The notes under the pieces are model-generated. The model saw only the letters and a list, made by a program, of their open reading frames with translations. It searched no databases and had not been told where the DNA came from. Below are positions 9,352 to 17,787 of a stretch of DNA of 63,601 bases, piece by piece. The DNA lies in assembly GCA_964651255.1 (NCBI GenBank), contig CAZYWU010000002.1, positions 82,038-145,638 of the forward strand, in the 5' to 3' direction. The stretch is from an uncultured Anaerolineales bacterium. GTDB taxonomy: Bacteria; Chloroflexota; Anaerolineae; UBA1429. The position numbers and the translations under genes are program-made. The first letter of the stretch is position 1. Each line of letters opens with the position of its first letter.

Positions 9352-10077
9352 TCAGTTCAGATTCACCGTGCGGCGCAGGATCGCCGAGTGCAAGTCCGAG
9401 GTGCACCGCTCACAGAATCCCCAGCCCCCGGCGCCTTCCTCCAGCGCAAACGCCACCAGTTGATCGAGCGTCTCTGCATGGCGCATGACGCAGCGGTTGG
9501 TGCAATGCATCTCAAGCCCGCGTCGCGACACGTGGACACGTTCATCGAACCGCGGCACTGCGAGGAGATGTCCGAGATGATGCCGCACCAGGCGGGTCAG
9601 CGCCAGCGTCTTGAGCTCCGAGGACTCTAGCGCGCGCAGGCGATAGACGGACATGACCGCCGCACGCTCAGGATAGCTCGTCCCCAGGCTGTAATAGTCA
9701 GCGCGCTTGCGCGCCAACGGAGCCGGCATATCCGTGAGATCATCATCTATGAGGGCCAGATCAAGATGGGGATCAGCCTTCTGCCAGGGCTCATTGCTCA
9801 CCAGTTCCAGGAATTCAGGGGCCACTACGCGATCACTTTCCCCGTCGTAGGTGTTGTCGATGTACCACTGCGTCCCCCAGTAAGGATACTGATCCATCAG
9901 CGAAGGGATAACCCAGTTACCATAGACCTGCACGCGCAGCGGCGGATCGAAAAATACATCAGAACGCCTAAAGTAGAGCCAGTTCAGGGTTTGATATACC
10001 GCCTGAACAAAGACCTCGGCCTCGAGATCGCTCACACCTTGAGACCATGCAAGGGTCAAGGATGAATCCATATCCAT
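9352..10077 (-). CDS. Archaemetzincin-like zinc protein with HHLGH in place of HExxH (start 10077 or 10071)
   Basis: RHHLGHLL...HCTNRCVM...FCERC resembles the archaemetzincin HExxHxxG..CxxxCxM..CxxC pattern. Catalytic Glu codon is CAT (His) at 9577-9579. Confidence 0.65.
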   Translation of the reverse strand: MDMDSSLTLAWSQGVSDLEAEVFVQAVYQTLNWLYFRRSDVFFDPPLRVQVYGNWVIPSLMDQYPYWGTQWYIDNTYDGESDRVVAPEFLELVSNEPWQKADPHLDLALIDDDLTDMPAPLARKRADYYSLGTSYPERAAVMSVYRLRALESSELKTLALTRLVRHHLGHLLAVPRFDERVHVSRRGLEMHCTNRCVMRHAETLDQLVAFALEEGAGGWGFCERCTSDLHSAILRRTVNLN

Positions 10078-10262
10078 CTCTTCCAGTGTAACTGCGGCGT
10101 AGCGGAGCGGGCAACACCTTACCGGCACTGAGCACCAGAGCCATTATGCCACGCTCAAGGGGCTAAGCCAAATGGCGGATATCATAGATTTGGTGTAAGC
10201 TGCGGCGCACGGTAACATATGTCGGCTCGTCAAGCTATCTCTATACCGATCAAGGAGGCAAC

Positions 10263-12674
10263 GTGGCACTCTTTGGCCCTCCCAACATTGACCGTCTGGT
10301 AGCGAACCAGGACATCCCCGGCCTGATCAAGGCCTCCGAGTACGAACACGATGCCGACATCCGACGTCAGGCGTGCGAGGCACTCGGTCTCATGCCGGAC
10401 GAGCAATCGCTCGCCCCACTGATTCGTCGCTTGATCGACAGCGAGTTCGCGGTTCGGGAAGCGGCAGCCAAAGCACTGGGACAGATAGGCGATCCCCGCG
10501 CAATCGACGCTCTTGCGGCCGTTGTCGAAAGCGAGCAAGAAGACCTTTCGCCGGCCGCCATCGAGGCTCTCGGTTATATCGGCACCGCCGAGGCCGTTCC
10601 GACCTTGCTGCTGTGCCTCTCGGATGAGTCCCTGGTTGACGTCGCGGTCGAGGCGCTGTCCCGCACCGGTGCACCCGCGGTGGTGCCGCTGATGGAGATC
10701 ATCAGGAGCAAGGACAGGGACGAAACAATCAAGGCTAACGCCTCCAGAGCGCTGCACGGCATGGCACCACAGGTGGCCTATGATCTTGCGCCTCTGGTGG
10801 GCGACCGCAGAAGCATGGAACGCTTTGTCGCGGCGCGCGCGCTCGGGGAGTTGGGCACCGAGGAAGCAATCTCCGTGCTCGTCACCATGCTCGGCTCCAC
10901 CGATCTGCAGCTCCAGCCTCACGTACTGGCCGCACTGGCACAGATTGGTACCAATGCGACACCCGCGCTGGTAGAGGCACTGGAATCGGAGAGCCGTCTG
11001 CAGCAGAGATCCGCCATCGATGCGCTCGGACGCATCGCTGACCCCATGGCAGCCGGGCCCCTTGCGAAGATCATTGCCGGCGACAATCCTGTCTTGCGCG
11101 ACCTGGCGCTACAGGCCCTGGCACGGATCCCCGACGACGCGGCTTTGGAGTCGATCACCGCCCTTCTGAACGACAACAACTGGTCTGTCCGCCGGCAGGT
11201 GGCAACAGCCCTGGGATTGGCCGGCAGGCGCGACGGCGTCCCTGCATTGCTCCAGCTACTGCGAGACGAAAACCAGGCCGTACGCCGCTCGGCGGCGGCT
11301 TCTCTGAGCCAGGTTGGCTGGCGCCCTAATAACGAGACGGACCCGGTGGCAGCGGCCAGCTACGCTGTAGCCATGGGATACTGGAACCGAATCGAGCAGT
11401 ATGGCGCCGATGCCGTCGCACCGATTCTCGCCTGTTTGGCGGACAACGCCTGGGAACAGCGGCGACAGCCTACAGAGATGCTCGCCAAGATCGGCGAGCC
11501 CGCCGTGGAACCCTGTATCCAGGCGCTCTCAAACCCCGATCGCGGCGTACGCCACTCGGCAGCGTATGCGCTCGGCAAGATCGGTGACACCCGTGCCGTG
11601 CAGCCACTGATTGCCCTGATGTCCGACGGGATCGAGGAAGTACGCGCCACGGCAGCCCGCAGTCTTGGCCAGATCGGTGACCCGGCCGCGATCCCCGTGC
11701 TGGGGGAGCACCTGACCGACGTCCAGGCCGTTCGTGGCCCGGCCGCGGATGCGCTCGTCCGCATTGGGGATGAAGGCACACCCGTCCTCCTGGAGGCGCT
11801 CAAATCCGAGGATGCGGGCGTGCGGGCGATCGTCGCCGATGCTCTGGGAAACACCCACTCACTGGCCGCCGCGAACGCACTGATCGCGCATCTCACAGAT
11901 GATGCAGAGCCTGTGCGTCAGGCCGCCGTACGCGGCCTGGTACACCTGGACGAGGTGGCGATCGAGCCGCTCTATGAGCAGATCGATGCAGAGGACGCCC
12001 TGGTGCGCGTGTCCATCGCGGCGATCTTTGGACAGATTGCCCGTCCAGAGTGCGTTCCGGCGCTCTATACCCTGGTGCGGTCAGCGGACCAACCTGTTCA
12101 GATCGCTGCAGCAGCAGCACTGGAAAAGATCTGGCTCAAGAAGGCGGCCAGCACCGAACCTCTTGAGAACGTCGCTGAAATGTACGTAATGACCTTTACC
12201 GACGCCCCTGAGGACGACGAACTGCAGAGCTGGCTCATCTCTGAGGCCTTCGGCGATCTGACGACCGCGCGTCCGGATCTGCAACGCGTTCACACGCGCA
12301 TCATGGTGGACCAGAGCCGGTTGCACGAGTCACACGAGTCAGCAAAAGCTTACGATTATGCTTACGGCCCGATGTACAACCGGTTCGTTTCATGGATCGA
12401 GGCGGAAGGTGGACTCATCGAGGAATGGGAGAGCCGCTTTTATCACCGGGAGATCAGCACGGCAGACGAGCCGCCGGCGACGCACGTGGTGTTCCTCTAC
12501 TATGCGGCCGGTCCCGAGGAAGAGATGGAAGAGCATCTCGAGCGGGAAACGGACGACGAGGGTGGTGAGGCCGAAGAGACTGGGAAGCCCGGTGCAGCGG
12601 CCCCGGGTGACGAGGCCGAGGATGTCGCCACCGCGGTAGAGGACACTGACGCGGGTGAAACACCAGAGGGGTAG
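10263..12674 (+). CDS. PBS-lyase HEAT-repeat protein with unknown C-terminal domain and acidic tail
   Basis: Many VRxxAAxALGxIGDxxAVxxLIxxL repeats. GTG start with AGGAGG SD. E/D-rich end. Confidence 0.9.
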   Translation: MALFGPPNIDRLVANQDIPGLIKASEYEHDADIRRQACEALGLMPDEQSLAPLIRRLIDSEFAVREAAAKALGQIGDPRAIDALAAVVESEQEDLSPAAIEALGYIGTAEAVPTLLLCLSDESLVDVAVEALSRTGAPAVVPLMEIIRSKDRDETIKANASRALHGMAPQVAYDLAPLVGDRRSMERFVAARALGELGTEEAISVLVTMLGSTDLQLQPHVLAALAQIGTNATPALVEALESESRLQQRSAIDALGRIADPMAAGPLAKIIAGDNPVLRDLALQALARIPDDAALESITALLNDNNWSVRRQVATALGLAGRRDGVPALLQLLRDENQAVRRSAAASLSQVGWRPNNETDPVAAASYAVAMGYWNRIEQYGADAVAPILACLADNAWEQRRQPTEMLAKIGEPAVEPCIQALSNPDRGVRHSAAYALGKIGDTRAVQPLIALMSDGIEEVRATAARSLGQIGDPAAIPVLGEHLTDVQAVRGPAADALVRIGDEGTPVLLEALKSEDAGVRAIVADALGNTHSLAAANALIAHLTDDAEPVRQAAVRGLVHLDEVAIEPLYEQIDAEDALVRVSIAAIFGQIARPECVPALYTLVRSADQPVQIAAAAALEKIWLKKAASTEPLENVAEMYVMTFTDAPEDDELQSWLISEAFGDLTTARPDLQRVHTRIMVDQSRLHESHESAKAYDYAYGPMYNRFVSWIEAEGGLIEEWESRFYHREISTADEPPATHVVFLYYAAGPEEEMEEHLERETDDEGGEAEETGKPGAAAPGDEAEDVATAVEDTDAGETPEG

Positions 12675-12693
12675 CGTCACTCGCCAGAGGGTC

Positions 12694-12727
12694 AAAGGGC
12701 CGTCCCCACAAACAGGGGCGGCCCTTT
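12694..12727. terminator. Bidirectional intrinsic terminator between convergent HEAT and fucI-like genes
   Basis: AAAGGGCCGTCCC / GGGGCGGCCCTTT, 13-bp inverted repeat with one G-U pair. Confidence 0.75.
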
Positions 12728-12739
12728 CGTTGGCCCGTT

Positions 12740-14239
12740 TCAGTGCACCAGCTCCCAGATCGGCACAAGCCTTTCCGCAGCCTCAGGCCCGATAATGACT
12801 GGCGTGATGCCGCTCATCTCGCACAGATAGGTCAGCGCCCGCACCTTGTCGCCCACAGTGCCATGAACGTGGTTGGCAGGGAACAGCGACAGGAACTGCG
12901 CAAAGGAGGCGTGCAGCCGTGCGTGCACATGAGGCCAGGTCGGGTCTGTCTGTGCGTTAACGGCTCTGGCCTGCTCCGGGTCCAATTCGAGACTCTCCCC
13001 CTTGAGGATAGCCATAAAGGGCTTGTCGTCCCACAGGCCGATGCGTGCATAGGTCATGGGACTGGCCTTGGCATTGAACTCTACGGAGGCCCCGCCCGCC
13101 TTGAAGTAGAACTCGAGCGCCGGGTGCAGCGTTATCCGTCGAAAGTTCACCGCCGGATCCATGCTCTGCTCAGCATACCAGCTGGCGTGGTTCCCGGAGT
13201 TGCACCAGTCCCAGAGATCGAGATCGGGGCGATACAGCCGCACATCCATGAACAGTGAAGGCAGCCCCCCCGAGATGTACTTGAGCAGCTGCATGGTGAT
13301 CGCCCCGTTCGAATCGGCCTCTGTAGCGCAGACCGTCGGCTCTTTTGGGCCATACCAGTCGTACGGATCGTTCAACAGCATCTCAGGCACGTCACCCAGG
13401 CAGACATACTCGGTCAGCTCTCGCTGTCCCTTTAGCCCACAAAAGTCGAACCCATGCTCCTTGTTGACAATGTTCATCGCCAGATAGAGGCGCAGTTGTG
13501 TCTTCAAGGTCTCCGGCGTGAGCATCTTGCCATCGTAACGGATACGGTCTCCGAGCAGGCCCTCAAACCATCGCAGGCCCTTTTCGACCTCCGCCTCATC
13601 CACCTGCTGTTCCATCACCTTGGTCAGCAGCAACTGATCTACCTGCTCCGTGGTGCATCCCAACGCCTTGAGCGTAGGCACCAGGTGGAAAAAGCCTGTA
13701 TCCATGCCCATGGATGCCCCACCGTAGAGACCATAAACCTCGTTCCTGATGGTCGTGTAAGCCTCGGCGGCACGAATCCAGTCCAATACGTTCTCGTGAA
13801 CGGCGGGATCATCAATATCCCCCACGATGCGGTGCGTGCGGACACCTGCCTGACGCAGCGCGCCATCGGTCGCCAGCAATCCCACATTGCCGGGGAATTG
13901 CCCGTTGTTGTTGGAGAGGCTGAGCACGGGCACATCACGCCCGACAGAGTTGTAAAATGGCCAGACGAGATACGGAAAGTTCCAGACGCTATAGCACATG
14001 ATCACTATGCGGCAGCCTGCACGACGGAGTTGTTCTCCCACCGCCTGAGCTGTCCGGACCGACTTGATCGTCTCAGATCCCAGCACGACCTCTGGCGCCG
14101 TCCCGTCTACGTTACGCACGCCCTTACGGATGATGTCAGCCCAGCGGTTCAGAACCTGCATATTCAGCTCTTCATTCTGCGCGATCACATGAGGTCGAGC
14201 ATCGTTCATCATTGCGATGCCGATAGGAACTGTACGCAT
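12740..14239 (-). CDS. L-fucose/D-arabinose isomerase family protein
   Basis: ATEADSNG, FMDVR and ANHVH match the FucI Mn-binding Glu/Asp/His segments. SD GGAGG. Substrate not determinable. Confidence 0.8.
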   Translation of the reverse strand: MRTVPIGIAMMNDARPHVIAQNEELNMQVLNRWADIIRKGVRNVDGTAPEVVLGSETIKSVRTAQAVGEQLRRAGCRIVIMCYSVWNFPYLVWPFYNSVGRDVPVLSLSNNNGQFPGNVGLLATDGALRQAGVRTHRIVGDIDDPAVHENVLDWIRAAEAYTTIRNEVYGLYGGASMGMDTGFFHLVPTLKALGCTTEQVDQLLLTKVMEQQVDEAEVEKGLRWFEGLLGDRIRYDGKMLTPETLKTQLRLYLAMNIVNKEHGFDFCGLKGQRELTEYVCLGDVPEMLLNDPYDWYGPKEPTVCATEADSNGAITMQLLKYISGGLPSLFMDVRLYRPDLDLWDWCNSGNHASWYAEQSMDPAVNFRRITLHPALEFYFKAGGASVEFNAKASPMTYARIGLWDDKPFMAILKGESLELDPEQARAVNAQTDPTWPHVHARLHASFAQFLSLFPANHVHGTVGDKVRALTYLCEMSGITPVIIGPEAAERLVPIWELVH

Positions 14240-14339
14240 TGTGTCACCTCCAGTAGGAATCTTGTCGGAACACGAGTCACTGCGATTCTAGGTTTGGCTA
14301 CAGCAGGCGTCAACCCGGATTGGACCCCGGAGGAACCAC

Positions 14340-14368
14340 TTGCGGAGGCCTGTCACGTGTGGTATAAC
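14340..14368 (+). promoter_or_regulatory. sigma70-type promoter of prs
   Basis: TTGCGG-N17-TATAAC with extended -10 TG. Confidence 0.65.
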
Positions 14369-14414
14369 AGCACGGTCTTTGACCAACACAAAGCGCAAGG
14401 AGCATCTCGACGGC

Positions 14415-15395
14415 ATGGATAACGAAGAGAATACCTGGCTGCGGAATAATCTGCGCATCTTTGGGGGCGCTTCGCACCCGGAGCTTGCTCAAGACATCGC
14501 CGAATACCTTCAAGTTCCGCTGTGCGAACACACGACTTCTCGCTTTAGCAACGACAATATGTACGTGCAGCTGCTGGAGAGCGTGCGCAGCAAGGATGTG
14601 GTCATCATCCAATCCTTTTCGCCACCCAACGTGAGCGACAACATCATCGAGCTGCTGATGATGATGAATGCCGCCGCCAGCGCTTCCGCCCGATCCATCC
14701 ATGCCGTTATCCCTTACTATAGTTATGCCCGTTCCGACAAAAAGGACGAGCCCCGCATATCGATCGCAGGGCGCCTGATGGCCGACCTCATCGCAACCGC
14801 GGGAGCAACGCACGTGATGACGATGACGTTGCACTCACCGCAGGTGCATGGCTTTTTCAGCGTGCCTACAGATCACCTCACGGCGCGCCCCGCCTTTGTG
14901 CAGCATTTCCGAAAGCAGGACCTCAGCAACACCGTTGTCGTTTCTCCGGATATCGGCCATGCCAAGCGCGCCACCTCACTGGCCCGCAATCTGGGTGTCG
15001 GCGTTGCCGCCGGCGACAAGACGAGGGTGTCGGACACCGAGGTGGTGCTCAACACCATCATCGGCGATATCAAGGGCAAGGATGTGATCGTCTTTGACGA
15101 CGAGATCGCCACAGGAGGATCGATCATTGCCCTGGTGCAAGCGCTCCGCCACGAGGGCGTGAGGCGCATCACCCTTTCCTGCACCCACGGTGTGTTCTCC
15201 GGCAACGCGATCAATCTGCTGGATGAGCTGGATGTCGCCGAGATTGTGACCACCAACACGGTGCCGATCCCCGAGCACAAACGGCTCCCCAACATGACGG
15301 TCCTCTCAGTGGGGAGTATATTCGGGCAGGCGATACACTGTAACCTCATGGGTCGCTCGGTGGGCCAGCTTTTTGCCTTCTGGCACGAGCAGTAA
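14415..15395 (+). CDS. prs: Ribose-phosphate pyrophosphokinase
   Basis: ESVRSKDV, PYYSYARSDKK, LHSPQVHGFF, VVSPDIG, DDEIATGGS, THGVFS, TNTVP. Confidence 0.95.
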   Translation: MDNEENTWLRNNLRIFGGASHPELAQDIAEYLQVPLCEHTTSRFSNDNMYVQLLESVRSKDVVIIQSFSPPNVSDNIIELLMMMNAAASASARSIHAVIPYYSYARSDKKDEPRISIAGRLMADLIATAGATHVMTMTLHSPQVHGFFSVPTDHLTARPAFVQHFRKQDLSNTVVVSPDIGHAKRATSLARNLGVGVAAGDKTRVSDTEVVLNTIIGDIKGKDVIVFDDEIATGGSIIALVQALRHEGVRRITLSCTHGVFSGNAINLLDELDVAEIVTTNTVPIPEHKRLPNMTVLSVGSIFGQAIHCNLMGRSVGQLFAFWHEQ

Positions 15396-15423
15396 CGATC
15401 GTATACAGCCATCCCAGCGCCAG

Positions 15424-15451
15424 TTGACCCTGTTACCGACGACCCTATAAT
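15424..15451 (+). promoter_or_regulatory. Near-consensus sigma70 promoter of the ychF paralogue
   Basis: TTGACC-N16-TATAAT. Confidence 0.75.
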
Positions 15452-15482
15452 GTCTCTCTGTGGTTCGAATCCGCAGGGAGAC
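15452..15482 (+). promoter_or_regulatory. 12-bp hairpin with TTCGAAT (tRNA T-loop) loop covering the RBS
   Basis: GTCTCTCTGTGG-TTCGAAT-CCGCAGGGAGAC is fully paired (2 G-U). GGGAG lies in the 3' arm; ATG at 15489. Confidence 0.6.
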
Positions 15483-15488
15483 ATTTTC

Positions 15489-16574
15489 ATGCAAATCGCC
15501 CTCATTGGATTGGCTCAATCCGGCAAGACGACGCTGACCACAGCGATGACCAAGGGGCGCGCCGAGACATCCGGCGGGCGTCGCGGTCGCGTGGAGATCA
15601 AAAGCGCGATGGTCGACGTTCCGGATGCGCGAGTCGACCGCCTGACAGAGATGTTCCAGCCTCGCCGTACGGTGTACGCACAGGTGCGCATCGACGACAT
15701 CACCGGCGTGAACCGTGGTACGGCGGCCCAGACGGGCTTTGATGCACAGGTGCTCGATGCTCTCAGCCGGGCCGATGCGCTCATGTTGGTGGCACGCGCT
15801 TTTGAGGACGATACCGTCCCCCACCCCGATGTAACCATCGATCCCGTGCGAGATATCGAGACGATCAATCTCGAGCTGATCATGAGCGATCTGACGATCA
15901 TCGAGCACCGTATCGAAAGAATCGAGGCGCAAATCCCCAAAGCGAGAGCTGATGCGCGGGACCGCTTGTCCGAGGAACTGGGTCTCATGCGACGCCTCGC
16001 GGATGCATTGAGCCGCGGACAGCCGGTACGGTCCGTTGACCAAAGCCCGGAAGAGGAGGTCTTTCTCCGCAGCTTTCAGTTTCTGACGGCTAAGCCTGCT
16101 CTGGTGGTGCTGAACCTGGGAGAAGACGCTGCCCCCTTTGACCCGAACAGGTGGCCCGGCCTTCCTGAGGGCGATCCAGTGCTGGGGATTCGCGCCGCCG
16201 TCGAGAGAGAGATATCCGAGCTACCCGAGGACGAGCAAGCGCTCTTTTTGGAGAGCTACGGCATTGACGAGCCGGGCCTGCATCGGTTGCTGCGGGAGAG
16301 CTACCGGTTGCTCGGCCTCATGTCCTTTTTCACCGTTGGCGAGGACGAAGTGCGAGCCTGGACCGTGCGCCGCGGCGCGAACGCCGTGGAGGCCGCGGGC
16401 GCCATCCACACAGATCTCGCCCGCGGGTTCATTCGCGCCGAAGTGATCAGCTACGAGGACATGCTGGCCTGTGAGACCATGGCTGAGGCTCGCAAGCGCG
16501 GCAAACTTCGCCTCGAGGGTAAGGACTATATCGTGCAGGACGGCGACATCCTGAACATTCGCTTTAACATCTAG
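15489..16574 (+). CDS. YchF/DUF933 family ATPase, divergent paralogue
   Basis: P-loop GLAQSGKTT, DxxG, FLTAKP, SFFTVGEDEVRAW, IHTDLARGFIRAE, EGKDYIVQDGD (TGS-type C-terminus). Confidence 0.9.
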   Translation: MQIALIGLAQSGKTTLTTAMTKGRAETSGGRRGRVEIKSAMVDVPDARVDRLTEMFQPRRTVYAQVRIDDITGVNRGTAAQTGFDAQVLDALSRADALMLVARAFEDDTVPHPDVTIDPVRDIETINLELIMSDLTIIEHRIERIEAQIPKARADARDRLSEELGLMRRLADALSRGQPVRSVDQSPEEEVFLRSFQFLTAKPALVVLNLGEDAAPFDPNRWPGLPEGDPVLGIRAAVEREISELPEDEQALFLESYGIDEPGLHRLLRESYRLLGLMSFFTVGEDEVRAWTVRRGANAVEAAGAIHTDLARGFIRAEVISYEDMLACETMAEARKRGKLRLEGKDYIVQDGDILNIRFNI

Positions 16575-16692
16575 TCGTCCCCCTGCGCCAATTCGGGTAT
16601 ATGCTGGCCACACGCAGCTAGTCTCTGTCGCCAACCGCAACCGATCGAACGGGATGTCAATGGCCGCCGGTTTCTGCCATTGCGCACCGTGC

Positions 16693-16721
16693 TTGCCACG
16701 CCTCGGGCCACGTGCTAGACT
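16693..16721 (+). promoter_or_regulatory. sigma70-type promoter of the ADH-M42-VanW run
   Basis: TTGCCA-N17-TAGACT with TG extension; same hexamers as the tRNA-Arg promoter. Confidence 0.55.
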
Positions 16722-16758
16722 GCCGCCACCATACCCTCTAGTGAACCCGGAGGCTGCC

Positions 16759-17787
16759 ATGCCCGATACGATGATGGCTTCGGTTTGGACAGGCACTCGC
16801 CAGGTAGAATATCGCCAGGTGGAGCGCCCGGCGGTCGGCCCTGGCCAGGTACTTGTCCGCGTGGCCTATGCCGGTATCTGCGGTACCGACCAGATGATTT
16901 ACCTGGGTCTGCACCCGCGTGCGCGCGCCCCGCTCATTATGTCACACGAGTTCGTTGGCACGGTCGTCGAGTCAGACGATCCCCGATTCATCCCAGGGGC
17001 ACCTGTCGCCATCAATCCCTTGCTCTATTGTGGCGCCTGCCCCGCGTGCGTACGCGGTTTGAAGCACATCTGCGAGCATCTCGGATTGGTTGGCATCGAC
17101 CGTGACGGCGGTTTCGCCGAATACTGCGTCGTACCCCAGCACACGGTCCGCCCGCTGCCTGAGAACCTTCCCCTGGTGCAGGCCGCACTCATTGAGCCCC
17201 TCGCCGTGGCCGTACACGCCGTCCACGTATCTGACCTCAAGGTCGGCGACGTGACCGCCGTGTTGGGCGCTGGCCCCGTGGGAATCTTGACCGCACAGGT
17301 GGCACGCCTGGCGGGCGCCAGGCGCGTGCTGGTATCCGAGGTGAGTCCACGTCGCCTGCAGATCGCCCGCGACCTTGCATTTGAGACGATCGATGCCACG
17401 CAAGAGGACACTGTGGCGACGATCATGGTTGCCACCGCCGGCGAGGGCGTGCCCGTCGTCTTTGAGACCGCAGGCGTACAGGCCACGCTGGATCAGGCAT
17501 CCCAGGTGGCGCGGGTACAGGGCCAGATCCTGCAGGTCGGCATGCCCAAGACCGTGCCACACATCGACATCACAGGGCTCCAATTTCGCGAGGTGAGCCG
17601 CAAACCAATCCGGGTCTACCGCGAGTCCGACTTTGACCTGGCGATTGCGCTGGCAGCCGGCGGGAGCCTGGACCTGATCAGGCCAGTGAGCCATGTCCTG
17701 CCCCTGAGAGAGCTCGACCGGGGCATGCAGCTTTCGCATGAAGCCACCGACGCCTGCAAGGTTCTGGTCACACCGGAGGCACAGTAA
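16759..17787 (+). CDS. Zn-dependent (sugar/polyol) alcohol dehydrogenase, MDR family
   Basis: GICGTD, HEFVG, CGACPAC...C structural Zn site, EPLAVA, GAGPVG. SD GGAGG. Confidence 0.9.
   Translation: MPDTMMASVWTGTRQVEYRQVERPAVGPGQVLVRVAYAGICGTDQMIYLGLHPRARAPLIMSHEFVGTVVESDDPRFIPGAPVAINPLLYCGACPACVRGLKHICEHLGLVGIDRDGGFAEYCVVPQHTVRPLPENLPLVQAALIEPLAVAVHAVHVSDLKVGDVTAVLGAGPVGILTAQVARLAGARRVLVSEVSPRRLQIARDLAFETIDATQEDTVATIMVATAGEGVPVVFETAGVQATLDQASQVARVQGQILQVGMPKTVPHIDITGLQFREVSRKPIRVYRESDFDLAIALAAGGSLDLIRPVSHVLPLRELDRGMQLSHEATDACKVLVTPEAQ

Noticed and set aside
10263-12200. Repetitive DNA that might be an array
   Set aside because: The periodicity is protein-level HEAT repeats with divergent codons; there is no CRISPR-like repeat-spacer structure anywhere in the window.
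15462-15472. GGTTCGAATCC as a tRNA gene or attR remnant
   Set aside because: No D or anticodon arm, no CCA and no integrase. It is better explained as the loop of a single hairpin (reported as a finding).
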